This document shows, piece after piece, positions 30,254-42,610 of a stretch of DNA of 58,572 bases. A program made the position numbers and the translations under genes. Location of the stretch: assembly GCA_937880925.1 (NCBI GenBank), contig CALGGB010000278.1, positions 1-58,572 on the forward strand. Direction: 5' to 3'. Source of the stretch: an uncultured Rhodospirillaceae bacterium (GTDB taxonomy: Bacteria > Pseudomonadota > Alphaproteobacteria > SP197). Within the stretch, counting starts at the first letter, position 1; each line of letters starts with the position of its first letter. Under the pieces are notes generated by a model, which saw nothing but the letters and a program-made list of their open reading frames with translations, ran no database searches and was not told the DNA's origin.

Positions 30254-31561
30254 GTGAGCGCCGGGTTCATCGTTGCGGCGCCGTCCAGCAACAGCGGCAA
30301 GACCGTTCTGACGCTGGCCCTGTTGCGGGCGTTGTCGCGTGCGGGCACCCGCGTGGCGTCCTTCAAGGTCGGCCCCGATTACATTGATCCGGCCTATCAC
30401 GCCGCCGCCAGCGGACGGCCCTGCCGCAATCTCGATCTCTGGGCGATGCGGCCCGAGACCTTCTCGGCAATCGCGCGCGATACCGCGGTCGATGCGGACC
30501 TGATGATCGGCGAGGGCGTGATGGGTCTGTTCGACGGCGCGCTCGACGGCTCTGGCGCCACCGCCGATGTCGCCGCCCTGCTTGGCCTGCCGGTGGTGCT
30601 GGTGATCGACGTGAAGGGCCAGGGCGCCTCCGTGGGCGCGCTGCTGCGCGGCTTCCGTGATCATCGCAGCGACATCACGATCGCCGGGGTGATTCTCAAC
30701 CGGGTGGGCAGCGAGACCCACCGCACCATCCTGCGCAAGGCCTGCGAGGGTCTGGCGCCGGTGGTCGGCATGGTGCCGCGCGACGACCGGTTGCTGCTGC
30801 CCGAACGTCACCTGGGCCTGGTCCAGGCGATGGAGCGGCCCAGGCTGGACGCCTTTCTCGACGGCGCGGCCGATCTGGTGGCCCGCCATGTCGATCTGGA
30901 GGCTCTGGCCGGCCTGGCGCGCCTGCCCGATCTGGGCGCGCCCCTGGCCGCGCCGGCACCGCTGAGGCCCCTGGGCCAGCGTATCGCCGTGGCAAGCGAT
31001 GCCGCCTTTGCCTTCGTCTATCCCGCCGTGCTTGATGCCTGGCGGCGTGCAGGCGCCGAGATCCTGCCCTTTTCGCCCCTGGCGGACGAGGCCCCCGATG
31101 CCGGGGCCGATGCCGTCTATCTGCCGGGTGGCTACCCGGAACTGCATGCCGCCCAGCTGGAAGCCTCCGACGGCTTCATGAACGGTTTGCGCGCCGCGGC
31201 CGCCCGCGATGCCACGATCTTCGGTGAGTGCGGCGGCTTCATGGTGCTGGGCGAGGAACTGATCGATACCGAGGGAGAACATCACCGCATGGCCGGACTT
31301 CTGCCCGTGGCGACCTCGATCGGTTCGCCGCGCCTCCATCTGGGCTACCGGCGCTTCACCCTGGCCCACGACGGGCCACTGGGGCGCAGTGGCGATGTCT
31401 TTCGGGGCCATGAGTTCCATTATGCCCGGCTGGTGCGCCAGCGGGGTACGCCGCTGTTCCACGCCAGCGATGCGGCAGGGCGTTACTTCGGCCCGTTCGG
31501 CGCGGTGGTCGGGCGTGTCTGCGGCTCGTTCCTGCACGTCATCGACCGCGAGACGGCCTGA
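30254..31561 (+). CDS. cobB: Cobyrinate/hydrogenobyrinate a,c-diamide synthase
   Basis: SNSGKT, KVGPDYIDP, GEGVMGLFDG, PERHLGLV, GECGG, GHEFHY. Confidence 0.95.
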   Translation: MSAGFIVAAPSSNSGKTVLTLALLRALSRAGTRVASFKVGPDYIDPAYHAAASGRPCRNLDLWAMRPETFSAIARDTAVDADLMIGEGVMGLFDGALDGSGATADVAALLGLPVVLVIDVKGQGASVGALLRGFRDHRSDITIAGVILNRVGSETHRTILRKACEGLAPVVGMVPRDDRLLLPERHLGLVQAMERPRLDAFLDGAADLVARHVDLEALAGLARLPDLGAPLAAPAPLRPLGQRIAVASDAAFAFVYPAVLDAWRRAGAEILPFSPLADEAPDAGADAVYLPGGYPELHAAQLEASDGFMNGLRAAAARDATIFGECGGFMVLGEELIDTEGEHHRMAGLLPVATSIGSPRLHLGYRRFTLAHDGPLGRSGDVFRGHEFHYARLVRQRGTPLFHASDAAGRYFGPFGAVVGRVCGSFLHVIDRETA

Positions 31562-31604
31562 GGAAGCCATCTCGCGGTCGCAGCGATTCGGTCTTGTTGT
31601 GGCG

Positions 31605-31808
31605 TTAGTTACGGAAGAGCAGTCCCAGACCAAACCCGGCAAACACCTCGGCCAACTGGATAAACCCGGTGATGTCACGCCCTCCTGCGGCAAACTGGGC
31701 GATATCAATGCCGGCGGCTGCAACATGCAGGACGGCAACCGTTCCCAGTGTCAGCAGAAGGATGGTTCGGCGTGGAGAATGCCGTGTCTGCGCAAGGATT
31801 CGTTGCAT
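31605..31808 (-). CDS. Small two-TM hypothetical protein downstream of the ECF sigma gene
   Basis: GAGGGG SD before the ATG, two hydrophobic stretches, 67 aa, co-oriented with the sigma gene. Confidence 0.55.
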   Translation of the reverse strand: MQRILAQTRHSPRRTILLLTLGTVAVLHVAAAGIDIAQFAAGGRDITGFIQLAEVFAGFGLGLLFRN

Positions 31809-31835
31809 CGTCGTGGTTCCCCCTCGTGACCGCGG

Positions 31836-32363
31836 TCAGGCCGCGATCTTGATGGCGTCGTCGCTGTCGGCGCCATCCAGGATCTCGTGCAGGCGCGAGC
31901 GGGCACGCGAAAGGCGGCTGCGTACCGTGCCCAGGGCACAACCGCTCTCGCGGGCGATGTCCTCGTGCGGGCGGCCCTCGACGCCGGCCGACATCAGCAC
32001 CTCGCGCTGGTCGGCGGGCATGGTGGCCATGGCGTTGGAGAGATCGACCAGGGCGAGGTGATGCTCCTGGGAAGCCGGGGTCGCCATCGACTGTTCCCAG
32101 CCCTCATCGAGGCCAACCTGCTCGCGCTGGGCCTTGCGGATGTAACTGATGTGGGTGTTGCGCAGGATGGTATAGAGCCAGGCGCTGAGATTGGTGCCTT
32201 CCTGGAACTTGTCCTGATGGGTCCAGGCACGCAGCATGGTCTCCTGAACCAGATCATCGACCAGATCGCCGCGACCGGCACGGCGCCAGGCGAAACGCTC
32301 CAGAGCGGGGCGGTGGGCATTGAGATCGTCGGCGAAGGTAGAGGCGTTGGCTGCGGTGTTCAT
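31836..32363 (-). CDS. ECF sigma-70 factor, EcfG/RpoE2-like
   Basis: DDLVQETMLRAW...GTNLSAWLYTILRN region 2; GCALGTVRSRLSRAR region 4. Confidence 0.9.
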   Translation of the reverse strand: MNTAANASTFADDLNAHRPALERFAWRRAGRGDLVDDLVQETMLRAWTHQDKFQEGTNLSAWLYTILRNTHISYIRKAQREQVGLDEGWEQSMATPASQEHHLALVDLSNAMATMPADQREVLMSAGVEGRPHEDIARESGCALGTVRSRLSRARSRLHEILDGADSDDAIKIAA

Positions 32364-32700
32364 CTGGAACTCCCCTTGGTTGGTTGAGTCCAAGGTGGCC
32401 CGTGTCGCAGCATTTTAACATTCGGAGAGAGGCTCTATGCCTGCTGGTGGAGGCAGCCTCCTCCCTTCGTATAGGTGATCTGTCCGATACCGCACCATCT
32501 CGGGAACTAGTTCCTTTGGGGGATGGGGCGCGACCCATACTTTCGTACTAGGTCGTCGGACGGAGACCACCTAGGCCTCCAAGCCGAAGGATGAAACATT
32601 CGTGATTTCCGATAGTTATGAGATCATGTCTCCATCATTATCCAAGCTGCTGGACAAGGCGACGCGCATCACCGGCAGCCCCAGTTTCAGGGAGTGTGCC

Positions 32701-33066
32701 ATGGACGGACCACTGGTCATCGTCCTGGAAGACGACTTTGCCAATGCATGGGGCCTCTCTCTTGTTCTCCAGGACTGGGGCTATCGCACCGTGATTGGTG
32801 ATTCCGTCGGGCCGGTTTTCGAGAAGCTTGCCGATCAGGGCATCACGCCGCAGGCGGCGGTGTGCGACTTTCACCTGGCCGAGGGCGAAAACGGTGTTTC
32901 GGCTGCGGCACTCCTGCAGGAGCGCTATGGCAGCGACCTGCCGGTCGTTATCATGACCGGCTCGGGCGGAACGACCGCGCGCCGCCACGCCAGGGAGTAC
33001 CGCTTTCCCGTTCTCAACAAGCCCGTCGACCCGGATATGCTGCACACCTATCTGCCCGCTTCATGA
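32701..33066 (+). CDS. Single-domain response regulator
   Basis: VLEDD, CDFHL, MTG, NKP; GGAG SD. Confidence 0.88.
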   Translation: MDGPLVIVLEDDFANAWGLSLVLQDWGYRTVIGDSVGPVFEKLADQGITPQAAVCDFHLAEGENGVSAAALLQERYGSDLPVVIMTGSGGTTARRHAREYRFPVLNKPVDPDMLHTYLPAS

Positions 33067-34613
33067 GCGTCTTTTCCTGGAAGTCCGGGGACCACGCCGC
33101 ACAGATTGCCGAGATCGCGGCCAGCGCCGAATTCGCGCTTCTGGTCGACGAGAAGGGCTACGTCATCGATTCGAGCGTTTCCGCCAACGCGCTGCTGGGC
33201 GACACGCTGGCCCGGGAACAGCGGTGCCCGGTCTGGCTGCTGACGCAGGAGCCGGAGGTCGAGATCTGCGCCTTCCTCGAGAAGTGCTGGGATGCCCGCG
33301 AACCGCTGCGCCAGAAGTTTCATTTCCGCGATTCCGAAGGCGGTTTCGATCCCCGCGTCTGCATGGGTTCGCCGCTGGCCGGGCGCGAAGTGCTGCTGAT
33401 CTGCAGGCCGCTGCATCGCACGGAGGGCATCGGCGAGCGCATCCAGGCCAAGCTGATGGCATTGACGGCCGAAGTGGAGGAACGCACCAGGATCGAGTCC
33501 GAGGCTCGGTTCGATTCGGAGGCCAAGTCGCGTTTCCTGGCCGCCGCCAGCCATGATCTGCGCCAGCCCCTGCATGCCATGACCCTGTTCACCCGCGCTC
33601 TTTCGCGCCGGGTTGAGGGCGAGGAGGCGGTGGAACTCGTCAACCAGCTGGGCATTGCGCTGGGTTCGCTCCAGCGCATGTTCGATTCGATCCTGGACGT
33701 CTCCAAGCTCGATGGCGGACTGATCAAGCCGCAGTGGGGCGATGTCGACCTGGTGGAGTTCTTCGAGCCGCTGGGCGCCGAGCTGGAAGCCCGCGCCGCG
33801 TCGCTTGGGCTGTCGGGTCGTCTCTATCCCCTCGACGGCACGGTCTACACCGACCGCGCCCTGCTTGAGCGCATCGTGCGCAACCTGATCAACAACGCGC
33901 TGAAGTTCACCGCGCGCGGCGGCATCATGCTGGCCGCGCGCCGCCGCGGCGACCGGGTCGCCATCGAGATCTTCGACACCGGCATCGGCATGAGCCAGGC
34001 CCAGTTGCGCGAGGTGTTCAACGAATTCGAGCGCGGCCGGGTCGCCGCGCGCGGGCAGAACGACGGCCTGGGCCTGGGCCTTTCGATCGTGCGCCGCCTG
34101 ACGCAATTGCTCGACATCGAGATTTCCGTGGATTCCCGGCCCGGGCGCGGCACCCGTTTTCGCCTGCTGCTACCCCCGGGCAAACGCAGCAGCGCCCATA
34201 TGCGCCAGAGCGCCCGCGAGACGCCGGTCTTTGCCAATCCGGACCTGAAAGGCCGCACGATGATCGTGCTCGACGATGAACCGATGGTCGTCGAAAGCCT
34301 GACGCGGGAATTGCGCGATCACGGCATTGCAACGGTCGGCGTGGGCAGCGGCGCAGCCCTGCGCAGCATGGCCGCCGGTGTCCCGGTCGATGCCGCCATC
34401 ATCGACTACGATCTGGGCGAAGAACGCGGGCCCGATGTCATTGCCGCCTTCTGCAAGGAGACCGGCGCCAGTTTCCCGATGCTGATCGTGACCGGTTCGA
34501 CCGAGCCGGAGGTTCTCAAGCATCTCCAGAAGCTGGGCCACCCCTGGGTGACCAAGCCGGTCAATCCCGATGTTCTTCTGGCTCTTGTGGCGAGCATGCT
34601 GCGCCGCGCCTGA
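33063..34613 (+). CDS. Cytoplasmic hybrid histidine kinase (PAS-like sensor, HisKA, HATPase, REC)
   Basis: ATGA overlap; AASHDLRQPL, NLINNALKFT, DTGIG, GLGLGL; C-terminal LDDE...IDYDL...KP. Confidence 0.92.
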   Translation: MSVFSWKSGDHAAQIAEIAASAEFALLVDEKGYVIDSSVSANALLGDTLAREQRCPVWLLTQEPEVEICAFLEKCWDAREPLRQKFHFRDSEGGFDPRVCMGSPLAGREVLLICRPLHRTEGIGERIQAKLMALTAEVEERTRIESEARFDSEAKSRFLAAASHDLRQPLHAMTLFTRALSRRVEGEEAVELVNQLGIALGSLQRMFDSILDVSKLDGGLIKPQWGDVDLVEFFEPLGAELEARAASLGLSGRLYPLDGTVYTDRALLERIVRNLINNALKFTARGGIMLAARRRGDRVAIEIFDTGIGMSQAQLREVFNEFERGRVAARGQNDGLGLGLSIVRRLTQLLDIEISVDSRPGRGTRFRLLLPPGKRSSAHMRQSARETPVFANPDLKGRTMIVLDDEPMVVESLTRELRDHGIATVGVGSGAALRSMAAGVPVDAAIIDYDLGEERGPDVIAAFCKETGASFPMLIVTGSTEPEVLKHLQKLGHPWVTKPVNPDVLLALVASMLRRA

Positions 34614-34647
34614 GCCCGGCGTCAGCCGCCAGGCGATGTATACCGGC

Positions 34648-34743
34648 TAGAGCAAATCATCCTTCTGCGGAATCGCTTCGCGATTGCACTGAAGGATGTG
34701 AATTTGCTCTACCTTGTTGATGTAGAGCGGATGCACACGATTA
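34648..34743. repeat. TAGAGC...GCTCTA repeat: full first arm plus truncated second arm
   Basis: Close match to 10270-10362; lies between the convergent kinase and LuxR-family genes. Confidence 0.88.
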
Positions 34744-35379
34744 GCGTTCGAAGGCCAGCTTCTGGGCCAGCACCACGGCCTGGGTGCGGTTGCGCGCACC
34801 CAGCTCGCGGAAGATCGCCGCGACGTGAATCTTCACCGTGCTCTCGGCAAGATCGAGCTCGCGGGCGATCTCCTTGTTCGATTGTCCCTTGGCCAGCAGG
34901 GTCAGGACATCGGCCTGTCGCGGTGTGAAACGGCTGAGATCGATGCTGGGGCCGTTGTTCTCGTCCTTGGCCTCGCGCTCGGAAGCGCCTGCCAGGAACG
35001 AGGGAACATAGATCGTGCCCTGCATCACCGCGGCAAGGGCGCGGGCGATCTCCTCGTTGTTGGAGCCCTTCCAGACGTAGCCATGGGCGCCATTGGCCAG
35101 CGCACCCAGCACATCGTCGCGCTGGTCGGAACCTGATACGACGACAATGCGCAGATCGGCGCGCTGCTCGCGGATGGTCAGCAGCGAGGTGACGCCGTCC
35201 ATGCCGGGCATGTCGAGATCGATCAGCAGACAGCCGATGGACGCGTCACCCAGGGCTTCCATTGCCGACTGCAGGCTCGCGGCTTCCAGCACTTCCTCGA
35301 CATCGACGCTGTCGCGGATGAGGGTCGCCAGGCCTTCCCGGTACAGGCCGTGATCATCGGCGATCAGGATGCGTTGCAT
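34741..35379 (-). CDS. NarL/LuxR-family response regulator
   Basis: ILIADDH, IDLDMPG, FTPRQADVL...SNKEIARELDLAESTVKIHV. Confidence 0.95.
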   Translation of the reverse strand: MQRILIADDHGLYREGLATLIRDSVDVEEVLEAASLQSAMEALGDASIGCLLIDLDMPGMDGVTSLLTIREQRADLRIVVVSGSDQRDDVLGALANGAHGYVWKGSNNEEIARALAAVMQGTIYVPSFLAGASEREAKDENNGPSIDLSRFTPRQADVLTLLAKGQSNKEIARELDLAESTVKIHVAAIFRELGARNRTQAVVLAQKLAFER

Positions 35380-35531
35380 CGGACTAACCAGAAGGTGTGG
35401 TCAAACAATGTCTATGCTCGCAAAAATGGTACGCCGAAATGGCGCGAATCGTGCATATATCTTCCATTGGGCAGTCCCCCGCAACTGTCGTGTCGTACGC
35501 CCTTGCCGCAAGACCGCAGTTACATCAGGAC

Positions 35532-35558
35532 AAACCCCAAGGCGTAACCGAAAGTTCC
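35532..35558 (-). promoter_or_regulatory. Possible EcfG-type promoter of the LuxR-family gene
   Basis: GGAAC-N17-GGTT on the minus strand, ~150 bp upstream of the ATG. Confidence 0.4.
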
Positions 35559-35581
35559 CTCTGCTTCCTGTTTAGACCGGA

Positions 35582-37603
35582 TCAGCGGTCGCGGCCCCGA
35601 TCGTCTGGCGGGGTCGCCTCACCGCCGGCAAGTTCGCCAAACAGGCTGTCGAGCAGGGCGTCGAAGCTGCCGCCATCACCGCCCGCGTCCGTCTCCCCGG
35701 GGGGCGGTGCGGCATCAAGCAGGGCCAGAACCGGCCGCCCGGCCTCGGCGCGCAGCATGAATTCGGACCAGATTCGCGCTGGCAGGCCGCCGCCGGTGAC
35801 CCGGTCCATGGGCGTGTTGTTGTCGTTGCCGACCCAGACGCCGGTCACCAGCCCTCGGGTGAACCCGACGAACCAGGCATCGCGGTAATCCTGGCTGGTG
35901 CCGGTCTTGCCTGCTGCGGGGCGGTCGATTGCGGCAGCCTTGCCGGTGCCGGTCTGGATGTTGGCCGCCAGCATATCGACCATGCCGGCGACCACAGCGG
36001 GGTCGAGCACGCGCTGCTGGGGCATGGTCTGGCGCTGGTAGAGCACCTGGCCTTCGCGCGTGGCGATATGCGTGATGACATAGGGCCAGGCGATGTTGCC
36101 CTGGTTGGCGAGCGCGGCATAGGCGGCGGTCAGTTCCAGGGGGGTTACTTCCGTGGTGCCCAGCGCCAGGCTCGGCAGGGGCGGCAGTTCCGCGGTGATG
36201 CCCAGGCGATGGGCGAGGCCGACGACGTTTTTCATGCCGACACGCCAGGCAACATCGGCCGCGACGGTGTTGATCGAGTCGGCCAGCGCCTGGCGCAGGC
36301 TGACCGCACCCCGGTAATCGCCGTCGAAGTTGCCGGGGCTCCAGCCCTGGATGGTGACCGGCTGGTCGATCACCACATCGTCGGGCCGCATGCCCGCTTC
36401 CAGCGCCGCCAGATAGACAAACAGCTTGAAGGCCGAGCCGGGCTGGCGCTGGGCCTGGACGGCGCGGTTGAACTGACTGGCGCTGTAGTCGGCGCCGCCG
36501 ACCATGGCCATCACCGCGCCATCGGGCGCCATGGCGACGATGGCGCCCTGGTGGGCATTGCGCTCCATGCCTTCGCCGGCAAGCGCCGCAGCCAGCACAT
36601 CGCCCGCGGCGCGCTCCATCTGCGGATCGATGGTCGTGGTGATGACGATGTCGCCGGCCACCGTGCCGATGTAGTCGGCCGCGCGCGAAACCACCCAGTC
36701 GGCGGCGTAACGCGCCGAACCGCCCGCTACACGCGGGCCGACCAGATCGAGCGGGGCGAGCTTGGCGCCTTCGGCGGCAGCGGCGTCGATGAAACCCGCT
36801 TCGACCATGTTGTCGATCACCTCGGCGGTGCGTGCGCGTGCCGCTGCGGGGTCGGCGGCGGGATTGAAGCGCGACGGCGCCTTCAGCAGGCCGGCAATCA
36901 TGGCGCATTCGGCCAGCGAGAGTTCGCCTACCGGCTTGCCGAAGTAACGCCGCGCCGCAGCATCGGCGCCATAGGTGCCGGCCCCCAGATAGACGCGGTT
37001 GAAGTAGATCGCGAGCAGCTCCTGCTTGCTGAAGCGCCGTTCCAGCCAGAGGGCGAGCAGGGCTTCCTGGATCTTGCGCTTGAAGGAACGCTCAGGTGTG
37101 AGGAACAGGTTCTTGGCAAGCTGCTGGGTGATCGTGCTGCCGCCCTCGACGACACCACCGGCGCGCAGGTTGGCCCAGGCCGCGCGCGCGATGCCGCGCA
37201 GGTCGACGCCGGGATGGCTGAAGAAGCGGCGGTCCTCGGTCGCCAGCACCGCCTGGATCAGCGCCGGGGGCAGATCCTCGTAATGAAGCGGCGTGCCGTG
37301 CAGTTCGCCATAGGTCGCCAGCACGCTGCCATCGGCCGCCAGCACGGTGACAGAGCCCTTGCGCTCGCCCGCCAGCATGTCGGGATCGGGCAGATCCAGG
37401 ACATACCAGCCGATCAGGCCGGCCAGCGCCAGCGTGCCCCAGATGAAGCTGACCGCGGCCCAGCGCAGCATCGTGCGCCAGAAACTGCGGCGCTCCCCGG
37501 CGCGTTTGGGTGCACCCTGCTTTGCCGCGCCCGGTTTGGTCGTGGCACGGCTGCGCGGTGCCGGTTTCTTGCCGGTCTTCTTCGGGGTCGGGCGTTTGGC
37601 CAT
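35582..37603 (-). CDS. Class A penicillin-binding protein (PBP1A family)
   Basis: EDRRF, GGSTITQQLAKNLF, RKIQE; SAFK, SIN, KTGT transpeptidase motifs. Confidence 0.94.
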   Translation of the reverse strand: MAKRPTPKKTGKKPAPRSRATTKPGAAKQGAPKRAGERRSFWRTMLRWAAVSFIWGTLALAGLIGWYVLDLPDPDMLAGERKGSVTVLAADGSVLATYGELHGTPLHYEDLPPALIQAVLATEDRRFFSHPGVDLRGIARAAWANLRAGGVVEGGSTITQQLAKNLFLTPERSFKRKIQEALLALWLERRFSKQELLAIYFNRVYLGAGTYGADAAARRYFGKPVGELSLAECAMIAGLLKAPSRFNPAADPAAARARTAEVIDNMVEAGFIDAAAAEGAKLAPLDLVGPRVAGGSARYAADWVVSRAADYIGTVAGDIVITTTIDPQMERAAGDVLAAALAGEGMERNAHQGAIVAMAPDGAVMAMVGGADYSASQFNRAVQAQRQPGSAFKLFVYLAALEAGMRPDDVVIDQPVTIQGWSPGNFDGDYRGAVSLRQALADSINTVAADVAWRVGMKNVVGLAHRLGITAELPPLPSLALGTTEVTPLELTAAYAALANQGNIAWPYVITHIATREGQVLYQRQTMPQQRVLDPAVVAGMVDMLAANIQTGTGKAAAIDRPAAGKTGTSQDYRDAWFVGFTRGLVTGVWVGNDNNTPMDRVTGGGLPARIWSEFMLRAEAGRPVLALLDAAPPPGETDAGGDGGSFDALLDSLFGELAGGEATPPDDRGRDR

Positions 37604-37652
37604 GGTGCTCTGGTGGCTAGGGCGGGGCCGTCACAACGGACGGCACCGGACC

Positions 37653-41266
<3,614 letters not shown>

Positions 41267-41274
41267 GCCGCCGG

Positions 41275-42393
41275 TCAGACCCGCATCGGCATGAGGACGT
41301 AAAGCGTGCGGTCGTCGCTGGTGTCGTTGACGATGGTGGGCGAGACGGCGTCCGCCATGGTGAAGCGCATGCGCTCACCCTCGAAGTTGCCGGCCATCTC
41401 GAGCACGTAGCGGGAGTTGAAGCCGATCTCGATGGCCGGACCGTCGTAATCGACCGGCAGTTCTTCCTCGCCCGATGCGCTGTCGGGGCTGTTGGCCGAA
41501 AGCTGCATGCGGTCCTTCTCCAGGGCCAGCTTGATCGAGCGCGACTTGTCGGTGGAGATCGCCGCCATGCGGTCGACCGCCTGCACGAAGCTCGCAGCAT
41601 CCATCTCCAGCACCTTGTCGTTGGCCGCCGGAATGACACGCTCGTAATCGGGGAAGGTGCCGTCGATCAGCTTGGAGGTGAGCACCGCGGTGTCGAAGGC
41701 GAAATGGATCTTGGTGTCGGACAGGTCGATGGTGACCGCACCGTCGATCTCGTCGACCAGCTTGCGCAGTTCGGCGATTGCCTTGCGCGGCACGATGACG
41801 CCGGGCATGCCCTCGGCACCCTCGGGCATTTCCGAATCGATCCGTGCCAGGCGGTGGCCGTCGGTCGCCACGGCGCGCAGCACAGGGCCGTTGTCGCCGG
41901 TGGCGCCGTGCAGGTAGATGCCGTTGAGGTAGTAGCGCGTCTCCTCGGTCGAGATGGCAAAGCGCGTCTTGTCGATCAGGCGGCGCAGTTCCGAGGCCGG
42001 CAGCGCGAAATGATGGCTGAAATCACCGCCCGACATGACGGGGAAGTCCTCGGGCGGCAGGCAGGGCAGGCGGAAATGGATGCGCCCGCAGGAGATCGAC
42101 AGGCGGCCGGCATCGCCCGTGGCGTCGAGCTGGACCTCGGAGCCGTCGGGCAGCTTGCGGCAGATGTCGTAGAGGACGTGGGCGGGCGCGGTGGTGGCGC
42201 CGGCGACCTGCAGGTTGGCCGGCACCATCTCGACCACTTCCAGGTCCATGTCGGTCGCGGTCAGCCGCAGCCCGTCGTCCTTGGCCTCAAGCCGGATGTT
42301 GGACAGGATGGGGATCGTGTTGCGCCGCTCAACGACACTCTGCACATGGGCCAGCGCCCGCAGCAGGACGGCACGTTCGATAGCCAGCTTCAT
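41275..42393 (-). CDS. dnaN: DNA polymerase III beta clamp
   Basis: RRNTIPILSN, ATDGHRLA, FPDY, VLMPMRV. Confidence 0.98.
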   Translation of the reverse strand: MKLAIERAVLLRALAHVQSVVERRNTIPILSNIRLEAKDDGLRLTATDMDLEVVEMVPANLQVAGATTAPAHVLYDICRKLPDGSEVQLDATGDAGRLSISCGRIHFRLPCLPPEDFPVMSGGDFSHHFALPASELRRLIDKTRFAISTEETRYYLNGIYLHGATGDNGPVLRAVATDGHRLARIDSEMPEGAEGMPGVIVPRKAIAELRKLVDEIDGAVTIDLSDTKIHFAFDTAVLTSKLIDGTFPDYERVIPAANDKVLEMDAASFVQAVDRMAAISTDKSRSIKLALEKDRMQLSANSPDSASGEEELPVDYDGPAIEIGFNSRYVLEMAGNFEGERMRFTMADAVSPTIVNDTSDDRTLYVLMPMRV

Positions 42394-42610
42394 CGCCTGA
42401 AAACCCGTAGCGGTTGGAGAATCGGGAGCTTTTCCCCATTCGAAGGAAGAGCGGAACGGATCGTGAAAATCCGTGTCCCGAGCCAGACGGGGCAAACTAG
42501 CAGAAATGCGCTCGAAACGCCAGTTTTCGACCCCGGATTCGGCCTCTGCAAGGCCCTGGAATCGCTGGACTATTTCACATCCAGCCGAGGAAGGCGCACA
42601 ACCGCTGCGA

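Noticed and set aside
42394-42610. oriC in the dnaA-dnaN gap
   Set aside because: Only one poor DnaA-box-like sequence (TATTTCACA) and no AT-rich unwinding element.
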